NCBI GenBank assembly: GCA_043228905.1 | Contig: JBHGNT010000001.1 | Coordinates: 28,520,001 to 28,584,000, forward strand | Source of the DNA: Azolla caroliniana | Taxonomy: Eukaryota; Plantae; Polypodiophyta | Reading direction: 5' to 3' | DNA length: 64,000 nt | In this document: positions 48,171 to 62,639 of the stretch, one piece after another | Layout: each line of letters begins with the position of its first letter | Numbering within the stretch: the stretch's first letter is position 1 | Translations under genes and position numbers: made by a program | The notes under the pieces: model-generated | Told to the model about the DNA's origin: nothing | Database searches by the model: none | What the model saw: only the letters and a program-made list of their open reading frames with translations

Positions 48171-51100
48171 GTGAGCTAAGAGAGGACGTAAGTATTGCCA
48201 GCAACATCTAAGTTTCAAAAGGATATGACTTGTACACATAAATGATGCACCCAGAATGGTGAACATCATGAAATCGGACTTCTATTTTTTCGGTTCTGTT
48301 TTGAAGTACTAACACTACAAAATCATGACCTATTTATTATTCTCAATGAAACTTGAAAGAGACAGAAGGGGGGAGAGTGTGAGTGTGTGTGCGCGCGATT
48401 ATGAGATATGATATATATGTGGGTTTGTGTGTCTATATGATATGTGCCATTGGAATCCGCGGAGACGAATAATTTTGTTAAGCGAGTATCTTTAGATTTT
48501 ACGAGATCTTCACAATTAAAGACCTCTTCTCTTTTGTGTGTTCAAATCCCCCTCTTTTCTTTTTTTTCAAACATTTTTTTGGTTCCATTGTCTTTTTCTT
48601 TTGTGTTATGTGCTTCTTGTTTTCCTTCTCTTAATTTTTCCGTTTGTTGTTGGTTTTTTTACCTTGTTGCACACGTGATCTTATCGTGTAAGTAGATATT
48701 CTGACTCCAATGTTTTATGGGTATCACACATGACATGAGATCAGTAAATAGCATGGATGAGGTTATTTAAGTGCTTGAGCTTTTCTGCATTTTGAATAAA
48801 AATGACATCACTCAATAACAATAATAAAATCCGTATGTCAAGATCTCAATCATATGTACCTCAAAGCTTCAAAGATAAGAAAAGAGCCGAAACACATTGT
48901 CAAGGGATCACAAGTTTTGTTTCCAACCTACTTATTACCATTATGATAGTTATGAATTTTTGTTCGCATAATGTCAATTCACAACAATGTTTGGCCCTTT
49001 GCACAAACACGGTGCTCACAAGTTTTTGAAATGAACCTACTTATTACCATAGCAGTTATGGAATATGTTCACGTTATGTTGGCTCTTTACTTTGAAATAG
49101 GCGTCATAAATGCGAGCATAGTATTCCACTCACCTTCACCACAAACCATTGACCACTACCTCTCCGAATACGAATGGTTACTCCATTTTAATACATGTAA
49201 TGTTATGAATAATTGTAGGCAACATTTTCCTATACACAAGATGGGAGTGATGTTGTGGGAAGTTTGGTGCTCAAAATGTTTATGACAACACTCTTTTGTC
49301 GCAAACCTTTCATGCTATCAAATTGAAGAGGAAATCCACTCATTATGTATATTTTTTATAGATTGAAATGATTGCATTGCAAAGCTTCTCTCTTGTCATT
49401 TATACATTCATATTGTCTTGTCCCATCGATGCATTGATTGGTTTGATATTATTGTTTAGCATGGACCTTGATATAGAATGACAAGCTTACATTGCGTACA
49501 ATTACATGCTATATGCTAGTGATATTGGGGTAGAATGCACATGACATTGATTCGAAGTACACCTTTCCCCTTTCCCATAATCTTTATCGATTGAACACAA
49601 AAAGAAAGGTGTGGATACTCCTCTCTCGGTCAAATCATGAAAACCATAACCAAAAAAGATGGTCATGGGCTATTTATGGCATTTTGAGCTAGAATCGTAG
49701 AAGGATGGGTTGAATCCTTCTCGTTTAAGAGAAACAGGGTAAAAGCTTGATGTATCATGAATATTTGATGTTGGGGTGATACCTTGTTTGAGGTCTTCAA
49801 TGCAATCAAATTCCTTCTTTCCAAGAAAGGTATGGTACACGTTTGGAGATAATACAAAGATGCTTTTGGAGGGAAAGAGACATTGAAGGGGCATGCTAAG
49901 CCTTGAAATATATGTCAACGCTTATATCACTAGGAGATTGACATAGAACACATGCCATTGGCCTAAAAATATTCTTGTAACAAAGATCCTTGAACTTAAT
50001 ATGATTAGGCCATTCCGACACAAAATATATGCAGAGCTTCAAATCAATGTTGTTTGTTAACAAACACACTGACCTTCTTTATTTTCGTTCTACTTACAAG
50101 GACATACATCAAGCCATGCTACCAAGATCCCTATACAATCAAACACAACAAATTAATTTTGTTATAAATGCATCAGTTCATGAGTTTCAAGTTTTTGATG
50201 TATGAGTTTATACTATCATAGATCTTATGGCATATGCATTGTATCAACATAGAAAACCGTTATTTGAGACTTTTATGGGAAACAATTAGAAAATGATTCA
50301 TGTGAATTTAAGCCTTCCCTCATCCTAAAAGCTTGTTAAAAGAATATGTATGCAACATTCCCATTAAAAGAACTCACTTATCTTTTCTCCTCACTATTTA
50401 ATTCACATGAGTAAGCAACAGATTTATATATATTGTTGAAAGTGTTGATTATAATATTATGATAAGACGTCACAAGAGTTGAGGGGGATGTATAATGTAT
50501 TTATACATGTGACACATACGACGTATAAAGCAGGCTACCCCAACAACCTTCCCTAGAAACCAAAGCTTACATCTACGATTCTACTGTGAAGCTTTTCCTA
50601 CTCGTAAACTCATGCCTTGCCCTAGAAACTCGTCCATGTGAAGTGGAGATGTGTTCTCATCCACTTCCATCACTTACCTAAAATGTGGAGCAAGGGGAAT
50701 TTTTTCTTTCCTATGGACCAAAGCACAAGTTTAGAATTTTTGCAAGGATTTCAGCCCAAAAAAGTTGGACCCAATGAATCTAAGGAAAGAATTTCACATG
50801 TCTCGTGTTGAATTGAATACTTTGATGTTCTTTCAGAGAAATATGAGTGGGAAGTGAAAGTACTATATGATGGCCAAAGTGGTGACAATTGCTTTAAAGT
50901 GATAATACACAAATGCAATGAGAAAGTTGCCATTTAAATGTTATGCCTAGGTCACTTCCATCATATACAATAACTTTCCGAGTAGGTGAAAGTTCCAACT
51001 CAATGGAGACACAAGAAATTAGACCAATAAATAGTTCAAAACCTCAAATTGCATTAAAAACCCCAGGCAATCACCACAAAATCCCATTTAACTTACCCAA

Positions 51101-54100
51101 CAAAATAGTACAATTACTTTTGACAATAGCTTCATGATAAGTCAGGTTCACTCAAACAAATTTAGTACTATTAATTTTGGCAATAATTTAATATTTTTGA
51201 CTAATTGTCTTCACCTAGAACTTGATTGCAATTTGCATACAATGTACATTGTTAAAATTCTAAATTGTCAAACTTCTCTAGATGATCAAATGCATCGATA
51301 CAGTTGTGTCAATGAAACATTCATGAGTAAAAACCAACCCAACCATGATATGTACATATATACAATACATAGAGGACATGCTTTTGCATTTCTTCTCCAT
51401 TTTTTGTGTTTCTTTAAGACAACATCATGAATTGGTAAACAATAACTTTGTGGTGATGCTTACTCTATTTTATAGGACATATAATAAGGCAACACTTTCA
51501 TGTTGTTAATATTATATTCATGTTTGATAATTAGAGGTACTAGATATCTCAAAGCTTTCTCATTTATCAATTTGCTCATATTTTAGTCGAATATTTCTTA
51601 AAGATTGTTGTTGGGTTTGTTCATGATGTTTGAGTATGATTACTGAAAGATGTGACGTGTATAAGATTAATTGTGGGGTTTCTAGATATAGGTTGAGTCC
51701 AAGAATTATGGTGAAGTGTCGACTATTTATTAGAAGCTAAACAAATCAAGTCTCAACATATTTTTGAGTGTTGGATGTTTGAGGTGGTTTCTGGTATTGA
51801 CCTTTTGATGTGGTTGTTAATATTGTTCATCTTTGAGTATAATTGTTAGTATTAGATATTTCAAATGTAGTTGAGATTGTTTGCATTATGTAGAGCTAGA
51901 AGGCATAATGGACTTGATAGTGGAGTAACCTGGAGCACCATGAGAATGGTCATGAGGTCATGAGAATGGTCATGACTTGATAGGGAAAGGCACTAATGAC
52001 AATGCCAGTATGTTGTGATGAGAATGGTCATGAGGTCTTCAGGTATGAGATCGAGGGTGAGTGACAACAACCATTAGGTATTCGGCTATGAAATTGACGG
52101 TCATGATGTCAAATCATTACGACTTATGCATTTAGTGGTATATATTGTGGTTGTCATCATACTTCAATCGACGACCTCTCATCGTGTATGATGTAGGAAT
52201 GATTTTCCAAGTGTGATACTAGGTGGATGTAGGTCTATATTCTATAATTCCATCTTGTCCATCGAGGATGTTCCTTCAATGTAAAATAACAAACTATAAT
52301 AAGTTGAGTGTGTAATTCTAAATATATAGATATAATGTGTAAACGTCATTAGAGAGATAGGTTTACAAAATGGGAATATCTCATAGACTCTATTACATTA
52401 GTGGTGTTACGAAATGTGAACATTCAAGATAATATAATATAGCTCACATTGAGTATATCACGTGATATGCTTGTGTTCTTGTCATTATTTTTCTCTTTAA
52501 TATATTAGTAATCTTTAGATTTAGAATGCATTATGAGCTTATGTAAATCTAGAGAAAGATATGGAGAGATTCTTCACCTCTCAATAAAATATTGTTATCC
52601 TGATTGTATTTACTACAAGTCATCTTCTTACTACATATGGCTTGGTAATTGTTTCAATGGATATGTTCATTAATTTAGTCATTCAAGCTCTGGTTTCAAA
52701 CCACTCTTTGACAATTAATCATTTTCTAAGAAGAGAATTAGCTTTAGATGTTACAAGTTGAACAAGTTGTTGCTTCTTTACATTTGGCATTTTAATACGG
52801 CGTGAAAATGATTTACAATATTGGACATAGTTTTTAATCATCTAGGATTTTCAAATCTTTAAATAAAACAAATGAGAATGAATAACACGTAAAAACATCT
52901 CAACATGAAAATAAAAAGCGTAGATTCAAGTTAACTTTCAAAGTACGAAACCTATATATTTGCGTAAGAAGACAATGATTTTATCCAAGGATACACTACA
53001 AAGATAAAATGTTCAAGTTGATTTGGATCCTTATACTACAAGTACACCATTTTAATCTTTGTATAAAGCAAACCTAAGTTCTATCATATGTCCTTTTAAG
53101 AACAGGCAAATCATCTTAATGCCACTCAAGTCTATGGAAATTCCTAACCAAACTCTGAGGATGCCATAAAATAATGTCCATATGGCACAAACTAAAGACT
53201 TGGGATATGCAACCAAAGATAACACGTTGAAATTGAAATGAACAAGCCCATAATATAGAAAACATTTTGTTACACTTCTTCTATATCATGCAACACGACC
53301 AATATTAGTCTTAAGACCCCAAGTTTTTGTTCTTTACCATTTGAGTATACATTTATGTTTGAGAGATACTGAGCAATGTTCAAGGGCGACGTTTGCACAT
53401 CTATGATATTATTGCAAAAAGTCACAGAGGTTTGATATAATAGATGAAGCAATATTTGAGAAGGGGACAAATACCTTTTTGTCATTTCTAATTGTGTTAC
53501 ATTGAACACACATCTTCCATCCGGCTATATTTCTATCTCCCTACCTACCGAGGTCATGTTGCAAGCTTGGATCGCAGGTAAGAGTAGTTGTAAATCACTC
53601 TTAAGCTACTAACTATAGTGGTGTGGACCTAAATGAACTCCGCCGTCTTACCTCTCCTACAATGGTTAAATTAATTAAAGTAATAGTGTACTTGGCTTTA
53701 GGACTTAATTGATACACTTGAACAATATAAGTAAAAACATACACTTGAACAATTGGCAGGGGATGGGGGACTTCTGGTAAATGTGGAAAACTATAGAGGG
53801 GAATGCTTTTGAAATCCACAAAGTGCGTGGTAAAATCTACGAAGGGTTGAATTTGCAAATTTGGAAGACCACAATGTGCTATGTTTCTCTTGAGTAAAGA
53901 AACCCCTTTCGATTCTAGGTATGAAATGGCCTCTATTAGAGGATCCCACACAATTGACCGAGTTTTTTTTTAAAGCTTTGGTGTGCTCACTTTGTTAGAT
54001 ATATGTATACATATACATACATACATACATACATACATATCGGAACTACATTCATTAATGTCTTTATTTGAAACCCTCCTACAAAGCGAAGTAATTATTT

Positions 54101-54239
54101 GGGGGCTTTTTCCAAATGTGGCAGCTATGCATAGGAGGCGGTATCGGATTCAAATGAGGGTGACGAGCCTTTAAACTTTGCTTCTATTCATACACAATTG
54201 ATGATACCGAGTTAACTACTACTAGTGAGTGATCTTCGA

Positions 54240-57200
54240 CTCAATTTGCGAGGTTTTTGTTGAAGAAGGTTAAATTTGTAAATTTGGAAAATTATAGAGA
54301 GTCTTTTCGGTCTGTTCTTGTTTTGATGTACTGCTACTGGTCTGGTCTGATTACAACATGGTGACAGAAGAAAACAGGTGCGTTTCTAGAAACAATAGTG
54401 AAAGGATTTCTTCCCTGGTTTTGGGTTCTAACATGGACACCAACCAAAAGGTTCTACAGAATTAACAGTATGAAATGGTGACAGAGAAGATATGGAACTT
54501 TTAGAGCTTCACAAGGCTTTGTTGGGTTGTGGAGATTCAGATTTAGGACCAGGATCATGATCGGAAAATTTTGTTGAATATTCATCAACCAGCATGGAAG
54601 CTTCTATGACATATTCCTTGATGCACGGAAGTGGCTGAAAGACAAAATTAGGGAATGTTTCAATACAAAGACTTGCTTCAGTGGTGATATTATAAAATGG
54701 ATTTGTTCATAGAGAAAAATGGTTCAAAGAGAAGCTTAGAAAATGGACCGACTCATGAAAATGCTGAAAATTGCAATCTATGTCATGTAAGTGACGCCTT
54801 TTCAATGCCAAGCTCATTGACTCAGAGACAAGATGGCTCAAAGACAAGATTGGAGAATGGATTGACTCCTGGAAATGGATCTATTTCACTCATAAACATG
54901 GAGTGAGTCATAGAAAGAGTGCTTCATCTCCACGCTTATCAAACAGATTGACTCACAGAAATACTAAAGTTTGCAACTTTACCAATGTCTTTTTAGCTCA
55001 TGGAGAAAATAGTAACTTTTCAATGCCATTTGAAAGATCCGAGTGTCTTTTTGCAACTTTACCGATGTCTTTTTAGCTCATGAAGAAGATGAAGAATAAG
55101 GGGTTAGTAAGTTAGATGTATATAAGAAAAAGAAAATACATGATGAATGTGCGTATGTAGAAACATATGTAGAGAGAAATCCTTTGACAATGCCACATAA
55201 GAATAGCAAGGTCATTGTTTCCACCATAGTCACAGTATCATCTTCATCATCTTATCCTTTTGGAGATGAGGAATCTCTCTCTTCACTGAGTGATCATATA
55301 TCCTCATCTAAGTAACCATAAAAACCCCGACAACAGTTCAGAATCCTACAATATTCAAACATCCTTCGAAAGGAATTAGAGCTTTTGAAAGTGTATATGT
55401 TTTTGAGATCTTTTCCTTAACCCTTTTAACTTGTAAAGATTCCAAGAATGTTTGTGCTTCGAGATGCCAAACTGTCTGATGTACACATTGCATCTGACTC
55501 TTTCTTCAAATAACGTGAAAGCGTTTGGATACATCAGCGAGAATAGAATCACAAAGCATCAGAGATTGTTTGAGGTGCGGGGACAAGATGTGATTATGTG
55601 TTACCATACACGTTTTTGGCTTCCATTGTGCATTCATTGTCAAAACCCATATGTGGCATGTAGTGAAGAAAGACATGGAGACATTTCTTTTTGTGCATTT
55701 ATGTTGAACATCTAGAAATGAAATTGACACTGTTGCGGATCTAAGTCAATGTCTTGAATTATAAACACACACGCATTAATTTTAGATGTGTTGTGTGTCT
55801 TAGTAGTTAAAGGTATGTTTATGATGCCATGCATGAATATACTCATGGTAACCGGCAACCGTATTGTCACATGGCCGCCATACATGATAGGGTTCGACTT
55901 CTGAAAAATGTGGAAGGATATGTCTCATTTTCCATTCTCAGAATATTACGTGATAGATGTTAAATGGAAAGCGGCTATCTTAAACTTTCTTTCTGACAAT
56001 GTCATGGACATGGAGAAGATCAGAACTAAACTTACCTTTAGGAAAGAGCATTTACGTAAAAAACATGAATGTAGTAGAGATGAAGGAGGAGAGATTGGAG
56101 GGAAAGGGAATGGATGAAAAAATGTGGATGAATGCATGGTGTGTGGAATGAATGGTAGTTTGAAATGCTATGATGACTGCCCAGATGCTTATCATTCGAG
56201 ATGTGTCAGTAAATTGATGAAGAAATTAGCAGAATTGTATTGGTTGTGTTCAGAGTGCATGTGTAACGAGATTTCAAGAATCATCTCATCTCATCCAATG
56301 GAGTGACTGGTGGTATTGATCCATGTGAACTCAACTTCTTTGCATCATGTGGCTCCTTCTGGTGCAAGTTTTCAAATTTTTTTGTCTTCATGGGAAGATT
56401 ATATGAGAACGTACATTTATCTATTTGTCCTTATTCTCCAGAATTATTCCCAGATTTTTGCACAGTTCATATCAAATTCCATTTTTTTGGATTTTTTATT
56501 TTATTTGAAAATTGTATTATTTTCGTAGCTTCAAAAGATGAACCTTACTCATGAGCCTCTTCTTCTTGTACGCCAATTACTATAGGTTAGGTCATCCTGC
56601 AATGTCATCAGCGAATATCAATATGCATATATACATACATATAAAGTTATGTAATTCATACCATTGCACAATTTGAGACTTGCATGAAAATGCTTCCATG
56701 GAAGATGTTTGATTGTGAGGAGAATGCTCTTTTTTTGTCTAGTTAAAGTTCAGATGCAGCCTTTCAGATCCAAATATTGAAGAAACAAATAGCTTTAATA
56801 GTACAGACGATGATTATACAAACAAATATTATCCAAAATGATGTAGAAACAAGATTATGGTTGCAACAATCATGGGAACATGAAAACGTTTCTGGTGAAT
56901 AAGTATGTGTAAATGCTCTGGTGAATAAGTGGTTTTATATGATCAGGTAAAAGAAATTCCAACTTTTAACTACATCTCTCTTGCAGGTGGTGGGAAGAAG
57001 ATAGGTGGAGTAATCTATTTGGAAGCATTCGATATTCCGAGGAGAAAACAATTGCAATAATCGATCACACATATCTTTTGCCATTGTTTTATGTTCTTTT
57101 TCTTCTTTTAATCAATATCTAGAAATCTCATTGAATCGATATCTAGTTTAGTACATGTTTTTATGCATACATATGCCGTCTATTTCTTATCTCGTGTATA

Positions 57201-58720
57201 GTTTGATTTTTTTTCAGCATTTCTATCTTGGCCATTGGATTTTTCATCGACAGATAATAGAGTGTTCTTTATTACTGTCATTTTAGGTTGTCCTCACGAA
57301 ACCATCAGAGCTTCATAATTTTGAAACAATCTCAATATACATGTTTTTATGCATACATATGCTCTCTATTTCTTATCTCTTGTGTATAGTTTGATTTTTT
57401 TCTTTTCAGCGTTTCTCTATTGGCAATTGAACTTTTCATCAACAGATAATAGAGTGTGACTGTCATTTTAGGTTGTCTTCACGAAACCATTACAGCTTTG
57501 TAATTTTTTAAACAATCTCAATAGAAACCATTCTGCTCTACCCCCTGGAAAAACAAATTCACAGATTTTTATCCATTTTCATTGTTAAAAAGGTTCTCCA
57601 TGTGGATGCCTACATAGAATTGGGCAATTATATGAAATCATGTGAACAGAAACCAGTGTATTCTTCAAATAAGATAAGCAAAAAAGGGTTGTTGCAAGGT
57701 AACAAAACAAAAAGTAAATTCACCTTGTTTAACCATGTATAATGGCTCTTTCTTGACGAGCTGCCCCATCTGAGATGCTGTTGCAACACTTGGTAAGAAA
57801 ACTTCTTTTGTTTCTCTTTTTCTTCTTCATCCAAGATATATAAATGTGTATTTAGCTGCAGTTTGTTTATTCTCCTTATGATGGATGGAGCATAAGATTT
57901 CCTTCCCACATATTCACAAAAGTGTTGGGAAGTTGGATTGTGTGCACATGCTTGGGCATTGCAGGTCCGTTGGCAAAGCACAAGGGTGTGTTCCAAAACC
58001 AAGGACATGAAGAATGTTGATGCTTCTTGTGCTGAAAAGAAAGCATAAATGGATGAGTGTATTCTGAGATGTGATTATTTTTGTGTTTTTCCTTTTAACT
58101 AACTTTTTTTTTTGACTTGCTACTTTAGTTTATTGGCGATTGCAAGTTTCCGTGGACAATCGATCTCCCAGAAGTGATTGCAATTAAATGGCATCTGGTG
58201 CCAAAAGAAAAAGAGTCCATATTTGTGCTTATAGCTGAAGCTAGCTAGAGCTAGAACTTGAGTGATGCAACATTGAAGTGTTCTCATTATTTGGCCAAAT
58301 ACCACATATTTTTTGTGAATTCCCTGAAATTATGGAAACTTAAAACGCCATTTGTGTGATCCTTGGAGGATCAAACTCATATATGTGGCTAGATGTGAGT
58401 CAAAGAGCTATGTCTCCGCCATTCCTTTTTTGAAGTCCGAAGGATCACAAGAAGAGGGAAAGTAGTCTTCCTCTGACCTTTCGCCCTACAAGCATGCAAA
58501 TGCTTTTTCATTAACTGTCTCATAATGGTGAACTAGCTTATCCTGTTTTTGAGAGTAATGGTCACACCTTGGGATGTCGCCAAAGGCGTCTCTCCCATTA
58601 TTACATTGGAGTGCCCTAAGCAAGCAAGCATGGTTGTGGAAAGAAAGAGTCAATTTTTGCACTTAATACAGAAGTCAACGAGAACTCGATAGATGCAGTA
58701 TTTAGGTATATCTCATTCTT
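54240..58720 (+). pseudogene. DDT-PHD chromatin protein (PTM-like) pseudogene
   Basis: Collinear remnants: YENGDREDMELLEL (Tudor-like, ~54470), VYMFLRSF (DDT, ~55390), YYVIDVKWKAAILNFLSD (WHIM1-like), DECMVCGMNGSLKCYDDCPDAYHSRC..WLCSEC (PHD, 56127-56260), GIDP..FFASCG and GGKKIGGVIY. Many stops and frameshifts. Boundaries are approximate. Confidence 0.8.
57151..57523. repeat. ~187-bp tandem duplication in a former intron of the pseudogene
   Basis: tacatgtttttatgcatacatatgc...ttttaggttgtc.tcacgaaaccat...aaacaatctcaata, two copies. Confidence 0.88.
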
Positions 58721-59959
58721 CATCCAAATGGCATATCAATTTTTTGTGAATTGTTTTGAAACCACAACAACTTTATCTGGTCTTATATTTTGAATATTCC
58801 ATTTCTTTGTTAAACTCAAATGTTGTAGGTTGTATTGTTCTATGAAGATACTAAACTCTAGGCCAATTAGATTCTTAAAATGTAGGAAACTACACTCGTT
58901 ATGACCATGGCATCCTTGAATCTTGATAAGAATGCCAAAGCATGTATATGATTCATAGAAGTATCAATTTTAATGTGACTATGAGCTTTTAACTATAATA
59001 ACTATTAGAGAATAATATAAAGGATGGAGATGGATTAAGAGTAACATGACATAATATATCTGAAGACTAAATAGTACATATTAGGGAGAAAATGAGCTTG
59101 TTGAAGCTTTACAACTTCAATGTACAAGCTCCATCATGTTTTCTTTATATAGGTGTTGGGTAGTTCGATCTTGAGACAAATCATGAAGTTGGCATAAGTC
59201 ATGATCCAATCAATGATATTAACTATGTAAGACCAAAATTTTGGGAGCTTGTAAAGAAAATCAATGAATCTCCTAGGTTTGTGATATTATCTTCTCTACT
59301 TTACTATGCATTCTTTGAGGACTCTAGTAGGTTGGTAATAGAGTATATTGACATGATGATGGAATTGTGACTTTTAGAGCCGAAACTCAAGAGGAAGATT
59401 TTCAACAAACTTTTACCATTGATATTTATACTTCATTGCCTTGAATGTGAGGGTTTAAAGGTTGCTTTACACCAACTTGCTATTGGGCCTACAATAGACA
59501 AATAAATAATCATTTATTGCATTTGGACTCAAACTTCTAAACACAAGCTTTCATTGGCAATAATGAAAACAAGTATAAACTTCCACAAACTAAGAGTAAT
59601 GATCCATGACATATTGCAGTTGGCATGTCAAAACCTTCATCATTATCTTCTATAGCAAGAAACTCAATCACGATAGATGTTGATGGGTGGGGGGTGGAGC
59701 CAAGATCAGCCCCACCCCCCTTCCAAGGGTGTTCGAATGTGAGAGGAGAGAGACACATAGAGAATGAGAGATAGGGAATTGATAGACATCAATATTGGTC
59801 ATCATATCTCACTCATCCACATAATTCTCTTTATCCCTTAGAATTGCATGATAGTTGTATCTTTAGCAAAAGTGGCCACACAATGGGTACTCCTTCCATA
59901 AGATATTTGTAGCCTAACTTTCTTGAAAGTGTGGGTTGCCACAATGTTTTTTTTCCCAA

Positions 59960-60470
59960 ACAACATATCCTTCCATTAGTTTTAAAAAGGCAGATCAGAT
60001 ACAAAATACAAAATAGATGGAAAGGAAGCAACAATTCTTCCCAACCTGTCTTGTGTAAGACATTGGCTAGCCATGGATCCTTCATTTGATAAAAATGATT
60101 GAGCACTTCCTCAATTTTACCCATTCTCGACATATCCTACAATTGGTGCATTCCAAGAGACTTGTTCTTGGACTGAAAGCGTCTTGGCAAGTGCCCCACG
60201 TTTGCCAATGAAATAATCTCTTTCAACAACTTTTTGTACATTGTCCTTGTGAATTTCATTGCTTGCTAATGTAGCTCTAATGTTACCACATGCTTTTAGG
60301 TAGCAAACGAGTGTGATAATATTTGGAGGGATGCCTAGTCTTTGCATTGCTCAAAGAGGGAGAGTGTTGTCTCACTATATCCATGTTCAACATGTCCTAT
60401 AGTCACTATATTCCATGGAATTGCATCTTTCATAGAAAGATCATCAAAACTACAAAACCAAAACTTTGTC
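59960..60470 (-). pseudogene. PLS-class PPR pseudogene fragment
   Basis: FDDLSMKDAIPWNIVTIGHVEHG, MQRLGIPPNIITLVCYLKACG and VSWNAPIVGYVENG, spread across frameshifts. Confidence 0.8.
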
Positions 60471-60499
60471 TTTGATCTTGAAATCCTAAAGGGGGTTGA

Positions 60500-61330
60500 T
60501 AATGAATGGCTTGACCCTTGGGAGTGTGTCATGAAGAACATCTTTGAGTAGGAGGAGCTATCCTCCATTGAGGATTTAGAGAACATGTACGGTCCTACAC
60601 TAAACCTCGGATGAAACTTAATTAGCAAAGATGCATTCATTGAAGACTATATGATGTTGTAGTAAAACTCATCAAGGGGTATTGCTCAAGGATTCGAGAA
60701 ATCCATTCTATTTGCCTTCTTGAGGTTCTCATGCTTCATTTATCACAGTAAACTTTGCTTCTGTTGAAAACAAGGTTATGCACTCCAAGTTTCTTGATCT
60801 ACATGAAACCACTCCTCTTGTGAACTTGGAAGGTAGTGATTATCTATTGTTCACACACCTAGCATAATCATGGGTCCAAATATCTAACTAACTCCACTTA
60901 CACTCACTCCAAAGCTTATGCCCTGGTCTCTTGAACCACTCAAGGATCAGATAATGCTTTTCAATTCTTTTTTCCATGAGTTCACATGAATACCACAACA
61001 TCCGTATGTTAATTGTTGTGTTGACCATGATGAACATTATGGGCATCAACCAGGGATGAGTATGAAACATTTCACATGTAATTCCCACATTGGGATCTTC
61101 AAACCATATCTACTCTTCCTCACCTCACAAACCATCTCCTCCTTATCTTGTTAGGCGAACTCACCAACTTGATTTGTGCTTGATGTTGCCATTAAAAAAT
61201 GCAATACTAATAAAGCTCCATGTCCTCCTTTGCCACGATTCCAAGCAACATTCCTATTGTCGTCATCTTTACAACCAACAAATGAAATGACTTCCTTAAA
61301 GAAAAAACAAGAAAAAACAATCAACCCAAC
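60500..61330 (-). mobile_element. Degenerate copia reverse-transcriptase fragment
   Basis: Minus-strand IVAKEDMEL..AFFNGNI and KEEMVCEVRKSRYGLK resemble copia RT AFLxG..VCKLKKSLYGLK. Confidence 0.65.
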
Positions 61331-62639
61331 ATTTTGATCAAGCACATAAAATCCCTAAGGACTAAATTGGCAATATCTTATACTTTCAAAGCTTTGTGGA
61401 GGAAATATATCCATGTCATATGTGTCTTTATATCAGTCTCTGAACCTCTTTCAGTTTTGTTACAATATGTTTTGGATGAGTGTGACTCTTTAATATTTGA
61501 AAATGTCATGACTTTCTACTGGTAATGTTTAAAATTAGTACTAAATGCTATTCAAAAGCTACTTTATAATGTGCATTTAGTAAAGATTGGGTTTTTCCTA
61601 GAAATGACTCAACAAAGCCATTCTACAATCATATTGAAATTAGATATAAAATGTAGACACATTTATATAGTCGAAATGTGTATACAAAACAATTCTATAC
61701 GGCATACACATAGTGATATTTATATTTTGGTGGAGGAGAAAGGGGGGGGGGAGGGCAATCAAATAAAATAATTTGAAGGTTGAAAAGAGCATGTGAGGAT
61801 CCCAGGTGTAGGTAGTTTTACTAAAAGAAATGATCGAGAGTGTACAATTATTATATCCAAATGGGTAACATTGACTTGTTATCCTTACCTTGGGAGATCA
61901 ATGCTTGGGCCTACAATATGGGTGGTTCTTGTGGGTTGGATAGAAGAAAATGACATATTCAATAGGTGGAGTTTAAGTCAACATCAACTAATAATCATTT
62001 CAAGCTTGAAGAAGGTTTCTTAGGGAGCCTATGTATGGGGGAATCACATTTTATATGTACTCCCTAGTACTAAATTTCATTGACTTAAATTAAAAACCGT
62101 CAAGATAGAGATGAACTCCTTTCCTTTCTTTCACACAATCATGAGACAATCAAAAGATTTGGTTGCGGTGGTCCTCTGCCTACTTAGCGTGCCTTTCCCA
62201 AAATTGGTCCATTTACATATTTGGTTGAAAGGTCTTGGCACAAGCAATCTAGATACCTTCATGTGGTCTTATAGAAGGATGTGGTCATTTTGAAGGCTCT
62301 AGAGCATTACACAACATTGGATAAAATTAATTTGAAGCCTAGAAGCATGATAATTTCATATCTTCCTAGTCCCAATTCTTTGGTTGTTCTTGTTACAAAC
62401 TTGCTTCACATCACTTAGATATGTAGTGATGTTACAATCACTAGATGTGTAGTAGATGCCTATTTAATTTCTTTTTAGGAGTGTAAACTCTACTTTAGGA
62501 TGTGTTGATGCAACCCAAACATGTTGATTATTTGTAATTTTTTTTTGTCAACTATTACATATCCTTTCAAATGAGTGATATTTATTCTATCGTATTAAGT
62601 GTGAGACATATAAACCTATGTATATATCACCTATGTTGT

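Noticed and set aside
43000-53500. Faint LINE-like traces (for example EVFNAIKFL near 49790 and a QGxPL-like motif near 45730); similar hints at 1-600 and 8100-10900
   Set aside because: Too degraded to assign family or boundaries by eye.
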